Assembly (NCBI GenBank): GCA_016204995.1
Contig: JACQJR010000001.1
Span: forward strand, 369,132-433,131
DNA length: 64,000 bases
Direction: 5' to 3'
Source: Candidatus Microgenomates bacterium
GTDB lineage: Bacteria; Patescibacteriota; Microgenomatia; UBA8517; JACQJR01
Below are positions 1-8,792 of the stretch, piece after piece; position 1 is the stretch's first letter; the number at the start of each line of letters is the position of its first letter. The notes under the pieces were generated by a model, which searched no databases, was not told the DNA's origin, and saw only the letters and a program-made list of their open reading frames with translations. The translations under genes were made by a program, and so were the position numbers.

Positions 1-46
1 CTTCAGTTTCTTTTTCTCACGCACCATTTTTGATGTCTTCGCCACC

Positions 47-592
47 TTATTTACCACCTTTCTCAAACGGCATGCCTAATTCTTCTAGTAATCTTTTAGC
101 TTGAGTCTCGCTTTTGGCACTAGTCACAATTGTAATACCTAAACCCCGGCCGCGACTAACTTTAGCTAAATCAATCTCCGGGAAAATAGTATGTTCAGTT
201 ATACCTAACGTGTAATTACCCGCTTTATCAAAAGAGGCGGTTTTGACTCCCCGAAAGTCCCGAATACGAGGAAGAACAATTTTAAAAAGTTTCTCCAAAA
301 ATGACCACATATATTTACCTCGCAAAGTTACCCGCAAACCAACTGGCTGACCTCGCCTAATACCAAAGCCGGAAATATCCCGGCTAGCCGGGCGAACTTG
401 CCCTTTTTGGCCGGTAATCGCTGCCAGCTCTGCTTGCACTTGCTCCAAGACACTTGCAGTTTTAGCAGCCTCGCCAATACCCATATCTAGGACTACCTTG
501 GTAATTTGCGGTACTGCCATCACACTTTTAACTCCTATTTCTTTTTGGAGCTTAGGCCGAATTTCATCTTTATATAATGTTTGTAAATTCAT
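47..592 (-). CDS. rplE: 50S ribosomal protein L5
   Basis: ORF translation MNLQTLYKDEIRPKLQ...; typical L5 length and position upstream of L24/L14 in spc-type order. Confidence 0.9.
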   Translation of the reverse strand: MNLQTLYKDEIRPKLQKEIGVKSVMAVPQITKVVLDMGIGEAAKTASVLEQVQAELAAITGQKGQVRPASRDISGFGIRRGQPVGLRVTLRGKYMWSFLEKLFKIVLPRIRDFRGVKTASFDKAGNYTLGITEHTIFPEIDLAKVSRGRGLGITIVTSAKSETQAKRLLEELGMPFEKGGK

Positions 593-594
593 AT

Positions 595-924
595 CTATTT
601 AGCTTTCTTTCTTTCTTCTATGCCTTTACCGCATTTTCTGCACATCCGTATCTTGCTACCATCTTTCAAAACTTGCGTGCCAATTCTGGTCGGTTTATGA
701 CAAGTCGGGCAAATAAGGGCGATATTAGAAACTGGAAGAGGCCGGGAAAATTCTATAATACCTCCTGGTTTACCGCCTGGCATACCTTTACGATGTCTTT
801 TATAGACATTAACGCCCGCGACTAAAAGACGGCTTCTGGTAGGAAAAATCTTCTCCACTGTTCCTTTTTGGCCCTTATCTTTACCAGCCATGACTAATAT
901 TTCATCTCCGACTTTGAATCTCAT
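595..924 (-). CDS. rplX: 50S ribosomal protein L24 with C-terminal CxxC...CxxC zinc-ribbon extension
   Basis: KOW-type N-terminus MRFKVGDEILVMAGKDKGQKGTV; C-terminus CPTCHKP...CRKCGK; located between L14 and L5. Confidence 0.85.
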   Translation of the reverse strand: MRFKVGDEILVMAGKDKGQKGTVEKIFPTRSRLLVAGVNVYKRHRKGMPGGKPGGIIEFSRPLPVSNIALICPTCHKPTRIGTQVLKDGSKIRMCRKCGKGIEERKKAK

Positions 925-1289
925 ATGACCTCCTTTGCCAGTGATACTATCTTAGCAAATCCTGCTTCACGTACTTCCCTGGCAATTGGACCGAAGATCC
1001 GGCTGCCGCGAGGTACACCCTGTTTATCAACTACCACTGCCGCATTCTCGTCAAAACGAACTGATGAACCATCTACCCGCTTCCTTTCTTTTTTGGTCCT
1101 GACAATAACTGCATCTACCAGTTCTTGATCCTTTACTATTCCGTTCGGATCAGCTCCCCGCACTACACATTTGATAACCATTCCTGAATAGGCAAAACGC
1201 TTTCTAGAATAGTGTGGAATACCTATTAATTTCAAAAGATGAGCTCCTGAATTATCAGCCGGTTTTAACATAGAAAGTAGCTGTACCAT
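921..1289 (-). CDS. rplN: 50S ribosomal protein L14
   Basis: MVQLLSMLKPADNSGA... matches L14 N-terminal signature; 122 aa. Confidence 0.9.
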   Translation of the reverse strand: MVQLLSMLKPADNSGAHLLKLIGIPHYSRKRFAYSGMVIKCVVRGADPNGIVKDQELVDAVIVRTKKERKRVDGSSVRFDENAAVVVDKQGVPRGSRIFGPIAREVREAGFAKIVSLAKEVI

Positions 1290-1290
1290 A

Positions 1291-1518
1291 TTATTTAATA
1301 ACCTCCATTATTTTCCAACTAATTGTGCGTGATATCGGCCTAGTTTGTACTAAAATTACCTTATTACCAATTTTGGCATCTATTAAATTTTGAGCGTGAT
1401 AGTTTTTTTGGCGGCGCAGACGCTTACCATATAAAGGATGGGTCACCCACCGCGAGACCTTTACCGTGGCAGCTTTTTCCATTTTATTACTAATTACTAC
1501 TCCTTGAACTTTCTTCAT
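1291..1518 (-). CDS. rpsQ: 30S ribosomal protein S17
   Basis: 75 aa; ...KTAVVKVSRWVTHPLYGK motif; between L29 and L14. Confidence 0.85.
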   Translation of the reverse strand: MKKVQGVVISNKMEKAATVKVSRWVTHPLYGKRLRRQKNYHAQNLIDAKIGNKVILVQTRPISRTISWKIMEVIK

Positions 1519-1727
1519 GATTTTTTGACCTCCAATTGTAAATTACGCAAGACCGTTAAAATCACCGCAATTTGCCGGCGCAAATTACGCCCAGCGTGCA
1601 CATTTTTAATCTTGCCAGTTTTAATATCCAGTTTAGTTTTAATAAACTCCTGTCTCTTTTTAGACAACAAGTCACCCAGTTCTTTAATTGATTTATTTTT
1701 TAATGCTAATAATTCTTGCTTTTTCAT
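1515..1727 (-). CDS. rpmC: 50S ribosomal protein L29
   Basis: 70 aa helical protein MKKQELLALKNKSIKELGDLL...; position between L16 and S17. Confidence 0.8.
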   Translation of the reverse strand: MKKQELLALKNKSIKELGDLLSKKRQEFIKTKLDIKTGKIKNVHAGRNLRRQIAVILTVLRNLQLEVKKS

Positions 1728-1752
1728 ATTTCTAAGATCTAATTTCTAATAT

Positions 1753-2220
1753 CTAAGATCTAACTACTATCTTGCAGGCCACTGGTAATTTGGCAGCTGC
1801 TAGCCTTAAAGCCTCATGAGCTATTTCGCTACTTACTCCCGCTACTTCAAATAACATCCGGCCAGGCTTAATTACTACGACATAACCGGTAATTTCACCT
1901 TTGCCTCCGCCCATCCGGACCCCGGCTGATTTTCCCGTAATTGGCTTATCAGGAAAAACCCTGGTCCAAATTTTACCACCCCGGCGCGTAGAATGAGCAA
2001 TTGCTCGTCTGGCGGCTTCAATTTGGGCGGCGCTGACCCAACCAACTGAAAGAGATTTCAAGCCATATTCACCAAAGGCGATATTTGCTCCTCTGGTAGC
2101 AATACCTTTCATACTTCCCCTAAATTGCTTGCGATATTTTTGTCTTTTTGGCTGTAACACAGCATCTGGAAGGACACCTACGGTTTCCCTCCAACTCCTT
2201 TCCCTTTTTTGTGAATCCAA
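1753..2220 (-). CDS. rplP: 50S ribosomal protein L16 (annotated start probably too far upstream; N-terminal ~20 aa overlap rpsC)
   Basis: ...LQPKRQKYRKQFRGSMKG...GANIAFGEYGLKSL matches L16; 43-nt overlap with S3 ORF suggests a later or non-ATG start. Confidence 0.88.
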   Translation of the reverse strand: MDSQKRERSWRETVGVLPDAVLQPKRQKYRKQFRGSMKGIATRGANIAFGEYGLKSLSVGWVSAAQIEAARRAIAHSTRRGGKIWTRVFPDKPITGKSAGVRMGGGKGEITGYVVVIKPGRMLFEVAGVSSEIAHEALRLAAAKLPVACKIVVRS

Positions 2221-2828
2221 ACTTTTATTCCGACATACCCTCTTTTTAAGAGAGCCGTAGCTTGGGCATAATCAATATCAGCCCGTAAAGTTTGAGTCGG
2301 CACCGACCCAGTGTGAAATTTAGCTTTACGAGCAATCTCTGATCCTTCAATCCGGCCGGCAAATAAAATTTTAATACCCGCCGCTCCAGCTGACATTACT
2401 CTTTCCATCGCCCGAGTGGCCACCCGCCGATGCGGCAAGCGTCGTTCCAGTTCAGTAGCAATTCTATTGGCAACCAGTCTGGCTGATAATTCCGGCTCCC
2501 TTACCTCTTCTATTGCTAAATCTAATTTCATAGGAATATCTGGCAAATCTTTACGGATAAATTCCCGTAGCTCTTCCACCCCTGTTCCGCCTCGGCCAAT
2601 TACCATACCAGGTCTGGTCACTAAAATTCTGATAGTCATGGCCTTGGGTAGCCGTTCAATAATGACGTTTGTAAGCCCAGCGTTTTTTAATTTTTCTGTT
2701 AGTATCTCTCTTAGCCTCAAATCTGCCAAAAGATATTGACTAAAAAGACGCTTATCCGCAAACCATTTCGCCTTCCAATCGGAAAACGTCCCTGTGCGAA
2801 ATGCGACTGGATTAACCTTTTGTCCCAT
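2178..2828 (-). CDS. rpsC: 30S ribosomal protein S3
   Basis: MGQKVNPVAFRTG... KH domain signature; 216 aa. Confidence 0.9.
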   Translation of the reverse strand: MGQKVNPVAFRTGTFSDWKAKWFADKRLFSQYLLADLRLREILTEKLKNAGLTNVIIERLPKAMTIRILVTRPGMVIGRGGTGVEELREFIRKDLPDIPMKLDLAIEEVREPELSARLVANRIATELERRLPHRRVATRAMERVMSAGAAGIKILFAGRIEGSEIARKAKFHTGSVPTQTLRADIDYAQATALLKRGYVGIKVWIHKKGKGVGGKP

Positions 2829-3183
2829 CTTTAACTCCTTTCACTTCTTCTTTAGTCTCAAGTACCACTCTAATATGGCTGGTTCTTTTCAAAATCGGCT
2901 TGACTCTGCCTGATGTACCAGCCCGAAATCTTTTAATTCTCGGCCCTTCGCCAATTTGGATCTCGCGAATTTCTAAACTATCTGGATTTATCCCTTTATT
3001 GTTTTTGGCATTGGCTATCGCCTGTTTGATAACTTTACTTAAAGGAGAAGCCGCCTTTTTATGCACAAATTCCAGTTGGGTAATTAAAAGAGCGGGGTTT
3101 TTGATCTTTTTAGCCAGGTAAGCCACATCCCGTAATTTTTGCGGGCTCATTCTAATATATTTTTGTTCAGCTTTTATAATCAT
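2812..3183 (-). CDS. rplV: 50S ribosomal protein L22
   Basis: 123 aa; position between S19 and S3; L22-like basic protein. Confidence 0.85.
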   Translation of the reverse strand: MIIKAEQKYIRMSPQKLRDVAYLAKKIKNPALLITQLEFVHKKAASPLSKVIKQAIANAKNNKGINPDSLEIREIQIGEGPRIKRFRAGTSGRVKPILKRTSHIRVVLETKEEVKGVKDGTKG

Positions 3184-3197
3184 AAAATCTAAGGTAT

Positions 3198-3227
3198 CTA
3201 GGCTGTTAGGCTCTTAGGCTATTAGGT
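3198..3227. repeat. short tandem repeat (TAGGCTNT)x4 in the rplV-rpsS spacer
   Basis: CTAGGCTGTTAGGCTCTTAGGCTATTAGGT. Confidence 0.6.
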
Positions 3228-3267
3228 AAAACCCAATACCCCAGTGGCCCAGGAACCCAATAGCCCT

Positions 3268-3552
3268 CTACGTTTTTTCTAATATTCTCTTAACAACTGC
3301 TCCGTGTCCACGAAACAGGCGAGTGGGAGCAAATTCTCCCAAGCGATGTCCCACCATGTCTTCGGTCACAAACACCTCTACAAAATTTTTACCAGTATGC
3401 ACCAAAAACCTCTGTCCCACAAAATCTGGCGAAATCTGACTCCACCTGGACCAGGTTTTAATAGGTGATTTCTGACCGCTCTCTTTTTGAGCCATCACCT
3501 TTTTGACTAACATTTCATCAATTGCTGGACCTTTTTTACTAGAACGACTCAT
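3268..3552 (-). CDS. rpsS: 30S ribosomal protein S19
   Basis: ...[18 protein letters not shown]-terminal S19 signature. Confidence 0.9.
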   Translation of the reverse strand: MSRSSKKGPAIDEMLVKKVMAQKESGQKSPIKTWSRWSQISPDFVGQRFLVHTGKNFVEVFVTEDMVGHRLGEFAPTRLFRGHGAVVKRILEKT

Positions 3553-4295
3553 GATAACCTAGATCTTCTCCTTCCAATAATATACTTATCTGAATATTTA
3601 TGTCGTTTTCTGGTTTTAACTCCTCTGGCCGGCTTACCCCAAGGTGTTTTAGGCGGCATACCTTCACCCGATCTACCTTCTCCACCTCCGTGGGGATGGG
3701 CAGTCGGATACATGGCAACCCCTCTAACTGTCGGTCTAATTCCCATATGGCGGCTGCGGCCGGCCTTGCCAATTATTTCAGTTTTATGCTCCAGCCTGCT
3801 TACTTGACCAATGGTAGCAAAACAGCGACCATCAATTTTTCTGATTTCTCCTGATGGCAACTTGATAGTTATCATACTATCTTCTTTACCTTGCACTGTG
3901 GCTAAAGTACCTGCGCTCCTGACAATTTGACCACCTTTACCAAAAGTTAGCTCAATATTGTGGATATTGGTTCCAACTGGAATTTTAGACAGCGGCAAAG
4001 CATTACCCACCTTCAAAGAGGCATCTTTTGAAGCCATAATGGTTTGACCAACTGCCAAACCTGCGGGCGCTAAAATATAGCGTCTCTCGCCGTCGGTGTA
4101 AACCACTAACGCTACATCAGCAGTTCTATTTGGATCATATTCAATCGCCTCCACCCGACCAACAATATCTAGCTTATCGCGTTTAAAGTCAATTTCCCGC
4201 AAAAAGCGTTTATGTCTGCCACCCTGATGCCGGACCGAAATCCTACCATTAGAGCTGCGGCCAGAGTTTTTAGCTAAAATTCTTTTTAATTTCAT
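3549..4295 (-). CDS. rplB: 50S ribosomal protein L2
   Basis: 248 aa; ...[14 protein letters not shown]... L2 signature. Confidence 0.92.
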   Translation of the reverse strand: MKLKRILAKNSGRSSNGRISVRHQGGRHKRFLREIDFKRDKLDIVGRVEAIEYDPNRTADVALVVYTDGERRYILAPAGLAVGQTIMASKDASLKVGNALPLSKIPVGTNIHNIELTFGKGGQIVRSAGTLATVQGKEDSMITIKLPSGEIRKIDGRCFATIGQVSRLEHKTEIIGKAGRSRHMGIRPTVRGVAMYPTAHPHGGGEGRSGEGMPPKTPWGKPARGVKTRKRHKYSDKYIIGRRRSRLS

Positions 4296-4609
4296 TTTTT
4301 AATCCTGCCCGTCTTTTTGGACTTTTTCTCGCTAGGGAATAAATCAATGGTCTGACCTTTTTTAAGGTAAACTATGGCCTTAACTCGATCTGATAATTTC
4401 TGAAAATTCCTACGATTTCGTACCCGTTTAGTCTTACCAGCGAGTTTTATAGTTCTTACTTTGACCACCTCTACTCCAAAAGTCTCTTCCACAGTTTGGC
4501 TAATCTGATGCTTGTTAGCCGCCCAATCTACTTCAAAAGTAAAGGCGTTTAGATTTTCAACAATTTTAGTTGATTTTTCCGTTAATATTGGTTTGATTAA
4601 AACGTTCAT
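4292..4609 (-). CDS. rplW: 50S ribosomal protein L23
   Basis: 105 aa; position between L4 and L2. Confidence 0.85.
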   Translation of the reverse strand: MNVLIKPILTEKSTKIVENLNAFTFEVDWAANKHQISQTVEETFGVEVVKVRTIKLAGKTKRVRNRRNFQKLSDRVKAIVYLKKGQTIDLFPSEKKSKKTGRIKK

Positions 4610-5265
4610 TTATTCTCCTTTTGACCCAAGAAAGTTTTTTTCAAAAGTTCTACCCCCGCTTCAGTGATAACCACTTTAGGATAGATAATTAGCTGATAAG
4701 CATTAATTTGGGAAGCTGGCATCAGTTCTACGCTTGCTATATTCCCCAAACCTCTCGCTAATTTTTCTTCGCCGCCATGCAAAACTAAAACTTTAGTTTT
4801 AGTTAAACCTAATTTATCTAACCATTTTTGCGCGGTTTTAGTTTTTCCCTCCAAGGCCGTTGCTTTAACCACTATTAAGTCTTTACTTGCCAGTTTTTCT
4901 GACAAGGCGACAGTTGTGGCTTGACGAGCCAGCCTCTTAGATAAACTCAACTGACGTTTTAGACCAGTTGGGCCATGAGCAATGCCGCCGCCGACAAAAA
5001 TAGGGGCTTTTTTCATGCCATGTCTGGCCCGGCCAGTTCCCTTTTGACGAAACATTTTAGCCGTGGTGCCAACTATTTCAGCTCTGGTTTTCACCTTATG
5101 GGTACCCTTGTGTTGTCTATCCTGATAAACATAGAAAGCCTGGGCCAGTAATTTATCATTTGGTTTCTGGCCAAATAACTCGTCAGGCAAAGACAATTTG
5201 GCAGCAGTTTTTCCTGTAGTTGGCCCCGATTTAATCGGGGTTGGTTGTATAATTATCTGTTTCAT
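4606..5265 (-). CDS. rplD: 50S ribosomal protein L4 (coding sequence contains a copy of the 17-bp palindrome CCCCGATTTAATCGGGG)
   Basis: 219 aa; L4-like; position between L3 and L23; palindrome at 5224-5240 encodes PIKSG near the N-terminus. Confidence 0.88.
   Translation of the reverse strand: MKQIIIQPTPIKSGPTTGKTAAKLSLPDELFGQKPNDKLLAQAFYVYQDRQHKGTHKVKTRAEIVGTTAKMFRQKGTGRARHGMKKAPIFVGGGIAHGPTGLKRQLSLSKRLARQATTVALSEKLASKDLIVVKATALEGKTKTAQKWLDKLGLTKTKVLVLHGGEEKLARGLGNIASVELMPASQINAYQLIIYPKVVITEAGVELLKKTFLGQKENK
5224..5240. repeat. 17-bp palindrome CCCCGATTTAATCGGGG, copy 1 of 4 (others at 6231-6247, 26712-26727 and 26921-26937 with 1-2 mismatches)
   Basis: a 13-bp core CCGATTTAATCGG would not be expected even once by chance in 64 kb; three copies lie within coding sequence and encode PIKSG or PLKSE. 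Confidence 0.8.
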
Positions 5266-5267
5266 AA

Positions 5268-6050
5268 TTACTCTTCTTTCTTTTCCTCCTTCGGCTCGCC
5301 GGAGTCTGCGGCGGAGGCGGCTTCAGCTTGTTCTGCTTCTACTTCTACTTCCATTGGCGGTAATTCCTCTGGTTTAATATCTTGGCCACGGACTACAAGG
5401 GGAGAAAAATCTTTAATTTGACCAATTTTGGTAATGGTCACCAAACTATCTTTATTGCCTGGTACCGGACCGGATAATAACACTTCACCGTTATCTTTCA
5501 CCGATAAGACTACCAAATTACGGATTGTGACGCGGTCGCTACCCATTCTACCAGCCATTCGCTTACCCTTATAAACCCGGCCAGGAGTGGTAGTTTGGCC
5601 GATGGATCCGGGGGCGCGTTCTCGATCTGATTGGCCGTGGGTGCGAGGACCACCGGCAAAATGATAGCGTCTGACCACACCGGCGAAGCCTTTACCTTTG
5701 GAAATACCAATTACTTTAACTAAATCACCAGGGCTAATCACATCCGAAGCTTTAACTTCATCTCCCACTTTTAAATCTTCGGCAGGCTGTTTGATTTCCC
5801 TTAAAAAGCGAGGAGCAACTTTTTCGCCTTTTGTTGCTCCTTTAAGATGCCCTAAAACTGCCTTTGAGATATTTTTAATTTTTCGCTCTCCTAAGCCTAA
5901 TTGAACTGCCTCATAACCATCTCTATCGTGAGCTTTAATTTGGGTAACCACCAGAGGACCAGCCTGAATTAAAGTAGTCGGGATCCGCCGACCATCTTCA
6001 CTCCAAGCCTGTGACATACCCTTTTTGATTCCTAAAATAGCATTAATCAT
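5268..6050 (-). CDS. rplC: 50S ribosomal protein L3 with acidic C-terminal tail
   Basis: MINAILGIKKGMSQAWSEDGRRIPTTLIQAG... L3 signature; C-terminus EVEAEQAEAASAADSGEPKEEKKEE. Confidence 0.9.
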   Translation of the reverse strand: MINAILGIKKGMSQAWSEDGRRIPTTLIQAGPLVVTQIKAHDRDGYEAVQLGLGERKIKNISKAVLGHLKGATKGEKVAPRFLREIKQPAEDLKVGDEVKASDVISPGDLVKVIGISKGKGFAGVVRRYHFAGGPRTHGQSDRERAPGSIGQTTTPGRVYKGKRMAGRMGSDRVTIRNLVVLSVKDNGEVLLSGPVPGNKDSLVTITKIGQIKDFSPLVVRGQDIKPEELPPMEVEVEAEQAEAASAADSGEPKEEKKEE

Positions 6051-6083
6051 ACTTGTTTGTTTTTCCTGTTAGGGAAAAGAGAT

Positions 6084-6108
6084 GGAGAAAAACCGTAGGT
6101 TTGTCTCC
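6084..6108 (-). promoter_or_regulatory. 10-bp-stem hairpin in the rplC leader
   Basis: GGAGAAAAAC-CGTAG-GTTTGTCTCC, 9 of 10 pairs, about 30 nt upstream of the rplC ATG. Confidence 0.35.
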
Positions 6109-6110
6109 AA

Positions 6111-6137
6111 GCACAAAAATGGGTGCTCGCCGCACCC
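6111..6137 (-). terminator. rho-independent terminator after the crp/fnr-family gene
   Basis: minus strand GGGTGCGGCGAGCACCC followed by ATTTTTGTG. Confidence 0.55.
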
Positions 6138-6252
6138 TAAATGTGGAGTGTCAGACCGAACACACTTTTCAGGAAGTAACGAACTCTTCCATTAACAATA
6201 AGTATATCAAAAAGAAGCTAATATGGCAAGCTCCGATTTAATCGGAGTAAGC

Positions 6253-6909
6253 TCAATATTCGCTCAAGGATTCTTTCGCCAGATCTGCCAGATTATTGAC
6301 TGCGGGCAGATGCTTCTGGAAAGAAATTAAACCTTTCTTTTCCAGCTTTGATAATTCAAGGCTGGTAGTTTCCCGAGTCACTCCTGCCAGACTGGCGATA
6401 TCTTGATGGGTGAGCGGCAACTGAATCACTACCTTATTGCCTTCTTTTTGCCCGAACTTTTCCGCGCAGATTAAAATCATGGAGGCAACTTTAGCGTAAG
6501 CATCTCCAAAGGCCAGATATTCCATTCGCCGCAGAGCAAATCTAAACCGATCATTAACTTGTTGACTGACTATTCTAAATACTGCTGTATTTTGATAAGC
6601 AAAGTCTATGAATTGTTTTTTATCCGCCCGTTTGAGTTCCACAGGCGTTAAAGCTTCGCTGTAATAAAGACTGGGCCCTCCCCCGGCCAAGACCAGAGCG
6701 GCCGGAAAGACATCACCTGCTTGGTAAATTAATAAGGTCAATTCTTTGCCTTCTGCGGAAAGTGAATAAAGCCTCACATAACCTTTTTCCAGTAAATAAA
6801 TACCGGCGGGGGGGTCGCCAGCGCGAAGAATGGTTTCTCCTTTTTTGTAGGTTATTTTTCTGAACTGGCTAAAAAAATTCTCTAGCGCGGAAGGGACTAT
6901 ATTACTCAC
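6253..6909 (-). CDS. Crp/Fnr-family transcriptional regulator (cNMP-binding domain plus C-terminal HTH)
   Basis: 218 aa; beta-roll-like region GETILRAGDPPAGIYLLEKGYVRLY and C-terminal HTH QDIASLAGVTRETTSLELSKLEKKGLI; inserted between rpsJ and rplC. Confidence 0.75.
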   Translation of the reverse strand: MSNIVPSALENFFSQFRKITYKKGETILRAGDPPAGIYLLEKGYVRLYSLSAEGKELTLLIYQAGDVFPAALVLAGGGPSLYYSEALTPVELKRADKKQFIDFAYQNTAVFRIVSQQVNDRFRFALRRMEYLAFGDAYAKVASMILICAEKFGQKEGNKVVIQLPLTHQDIASLAGVTRETTSLELSKLEKKGLISFQKHLPAVNNLADLAKESLSEY

Positions 6910-7131
6910 TTAAAAACATTGTACCACTTGTTAGTTATCTTACACAAATTTGGTAGTCAGTCTTACTGCATCCGCCAAAAATCCGAAATAAAATTTTAGT
7001 AAGTATGGGGAAAAGATTGTTAGACTTAATCGGTAGCTTGATTGCCTTCTTTAATGCGCCGACTGGTTAAAAATTAATTGGCTATGGAACGCCGCGTGGT
7101 ACCGCAAGTGTCGCGAGGACCTTAAATTAGG

Positions 7132-7440
7132 CTACATTTTGATCTCTATTGATACTCCGGCCGGCAAATCTAAATTGGATAACGAATCAATGGTACGGGA
7201 AGTAGGATTCATAATATCTACAATCCTTTTATGGGTTAAAATTTCAAAATGATCTTGGGCGTCTTTATCCACATGAGGCGAAGCATTAACAGTGATTAAT
7301 TTGCGACGAGTTGGTAAAGGGGTGGGACCGGACACACTAGCACCCGTGGAAAGAGCCGCCTCCACGATTTTGGCGGCTGCCTCATCAATGACCCGATGGT
7401 CAAAGGATTTAAGTTTAACTCTAATTCTTGACGCTGGCAT
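7132..7440 (-). CDS. rpsJ: 30S ribosomal protein S10
   Basis: 102 aa; ...IRVKLKSFDHRVIDEAAAKIVEAA... S10 signature. Confidence 0.9.
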   Translation of the reverse strand: MPASRIRVKLKSFDHRVIDEAAAKIVEAALSTGASVSGPTPLPTRRKLITVNASPHVDKDAQDHFEILTHKRIVDIMNPTSRTIDSLSNLDLPAGVSIEIKM

Positions 7441-7493
7441 ATTTACTCCAATTCAAAGTGCAAAATGCAAAATTAAAAATTCCGATAGTAGAA

Positions 7494-7522
7494 ATTATAA
7501 CCTAGAAATTAAGTGAAGTCAA
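7494..7522 (-). promoter_or_regulatory. sigma-70-like promoter for rpsJ (TTGACT-N17-TATAAT)
   Basis: the reverse complement of 7494-7522 reads TTGACTTCACTTAATTTCTAGGTTATAAT, about 55 nt upstream of the rpsJ ATG and just after the tuf stop. Confidence 0.55.
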
Positions 7523-7524
7523 AG

Positions 7525-8727
7525 TTAAGCAGTTACACTGGAGATGACGCCGGCGCCGACGGTTCTGCCGCCCTCACGAATGGCAAAACGCAGACCTTCT
7601 TCTAAGGCTACCGGCTGAATCAATTTCACTTTTAATTTGGCGTTATCCCCAGGCATGACCATTTCTACGCCTTCCGGCAAAACAACATCTCCGGTCACAT
7701 CAGTGGTTCTAATATAGAATTGGGGTTTGTAACCTGGGAAAAATGGGGTATGACGACCACCCTCCTCTTTGGTTAAAATGTAAGCCTCTGCTTCAAATTC
7801 TGTATGAGGAGTAACGCTGCCTGGTTTAGCCAACACCTGACCACGTTCTACATCATCTTTTTCAATACCGCGAATCAAAATCCCGACGTTGTCTCCAGCT
7901 TGACCTTCATCAAGAGTTTTTCTAAACATTTCAACACCAGTCACGACAGTTTTCTTGGTATCTTTAGTTAAACCGACAATTTCCACCTCTTCTCCCACCT
8001 TAATTTTGCCGCGCTCTACCCGGCCAGTCACTACTGTACCACGGCCTTTGATAGCAAAAACGTCTTCTACCGGCATCAAAAATGGTTTATCTATCTCCCG
8101 CTCGGGCGTTGGAATAAACTCATCCACTGCCTTCATCAGTTCCAAAATTTGTTTCTCTGCTTCCGAGTCGCCCTCGTAGGCTTTCAAAGCTGAACCACGA
8201 ATGATCGGAGTATCTTTACCTGGATATTGATATTTGTTCAAAAGTTCCCGAACTTCTTCTTCCACTAAGTCTACTAAACCCGGATCATCAACCATATCAA
8301 CTTTGTTCAAGAAAACTACTAAAGCTGGGACGTTGACTTGACGAGCCAGTAAGACGTGCTCGCGGGTTTGGGGCATCGGTCCATCAGCAGCGGAAACTAC
8401 TAAAATAGCTCCATCCATTTGAGCGGCGCCGGTGATCATGTTTTTGACGTAGTCAGCGTGTCCCGGAGCATCAATATGAGCATAATGACGTTTATCCGTT
8501 TCATACTCCATGTGGGTAATGTTGATGGTCACTCCGCGTTGTTTTTCTTCCGGGGCATTATCAATATCATCAAAAGCAGCCGATTTAGTAGGATTACCAG
8601 GTTGTTTGGCTAAAACGCGGGTAATAGCTGCAGTTAAAGTAGTTTTACCATGATCCACGTGACCAATAGTACCTACATTAATGTGAGGTTTAGTTCTCTC
8701 GTATTTCTTTTTTGCTTCTTCTGCCAT
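7525..8727 (-). CDS. tuf: elongation factor Tu
   Basis: 400 aa; [27 protein letters not shown] motifs. Confidence 0.97.
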   Translation of the reverse strand: MAEEAKKKYERTKPHINVGTIGHVDHGKTTLTAAITRVLAKQPGNPTKSAAFDDIDNAPEEKQRGVTINITHMEYETDKRHYAHIDAPGHADYVKNMITGAAQMDGAILVVSAADGPMPQTREHVLLARQVNVPALVVFLNKVDMVDDPGLVDLVEEEVRELLNKYQYPGKDTPIIRGSALKAYEGDSEAEKQILELMKAVDEFIPTPEREIDKPFLMPVEDVFAIKGRGTVVTGRVERGKIKVGEEVEIVGLTKDTKKTVVTGVEMFRKTLDEGQAGDNVGILIRGIEKDDVERGQVLAKPGSVTPHTEFEAEAYILTKEEGGRHTPFFPGYKPQFYIRTTDVTGDVVLPEGVEMVMPGDNAKLKVKLIQPVALEEGLRFAIREGGRTVGAGVISSVTA

Positions 8728-8756
8728 ATTAAAAAGGGCCTCTGCCCTCTATATCA

Positions 8757-8790
8757 AGTATTATATGAAATATGAGCCTAATCTGTCAAT
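8757..8790 (-). promoter_or_regulatory. candidate tuf promoter (TTGACA-N18-TATAAT) immediately after the fusA stop
   Basis: the reverse complement reads TTGACAGATTAGGCTCATATTTCATATAAT, followed by a GGGCAGAGGCCC hairpin in the leader. Confidence 0.5.
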
Positions 8791-8792
8791 AG

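Noticed and set aside
3198-3227. Possible CRISPR array or other long tandem array
   Set aside because: Only four 8-9 bp units with no spacer structure. No CRISPR-like repeat-spacer arrays (repeats of 24 bp or more with unique spacers) and no cas genes were seen anywhere in the window.
6053-6241. 62-aa plus-strand ORF between rplC and the crp-like gene
   Set aside because: It covers the terminator hairpin and leader structures. There is no ribosome-binding site context, and it is better explained as non-coding regulatory sequence.
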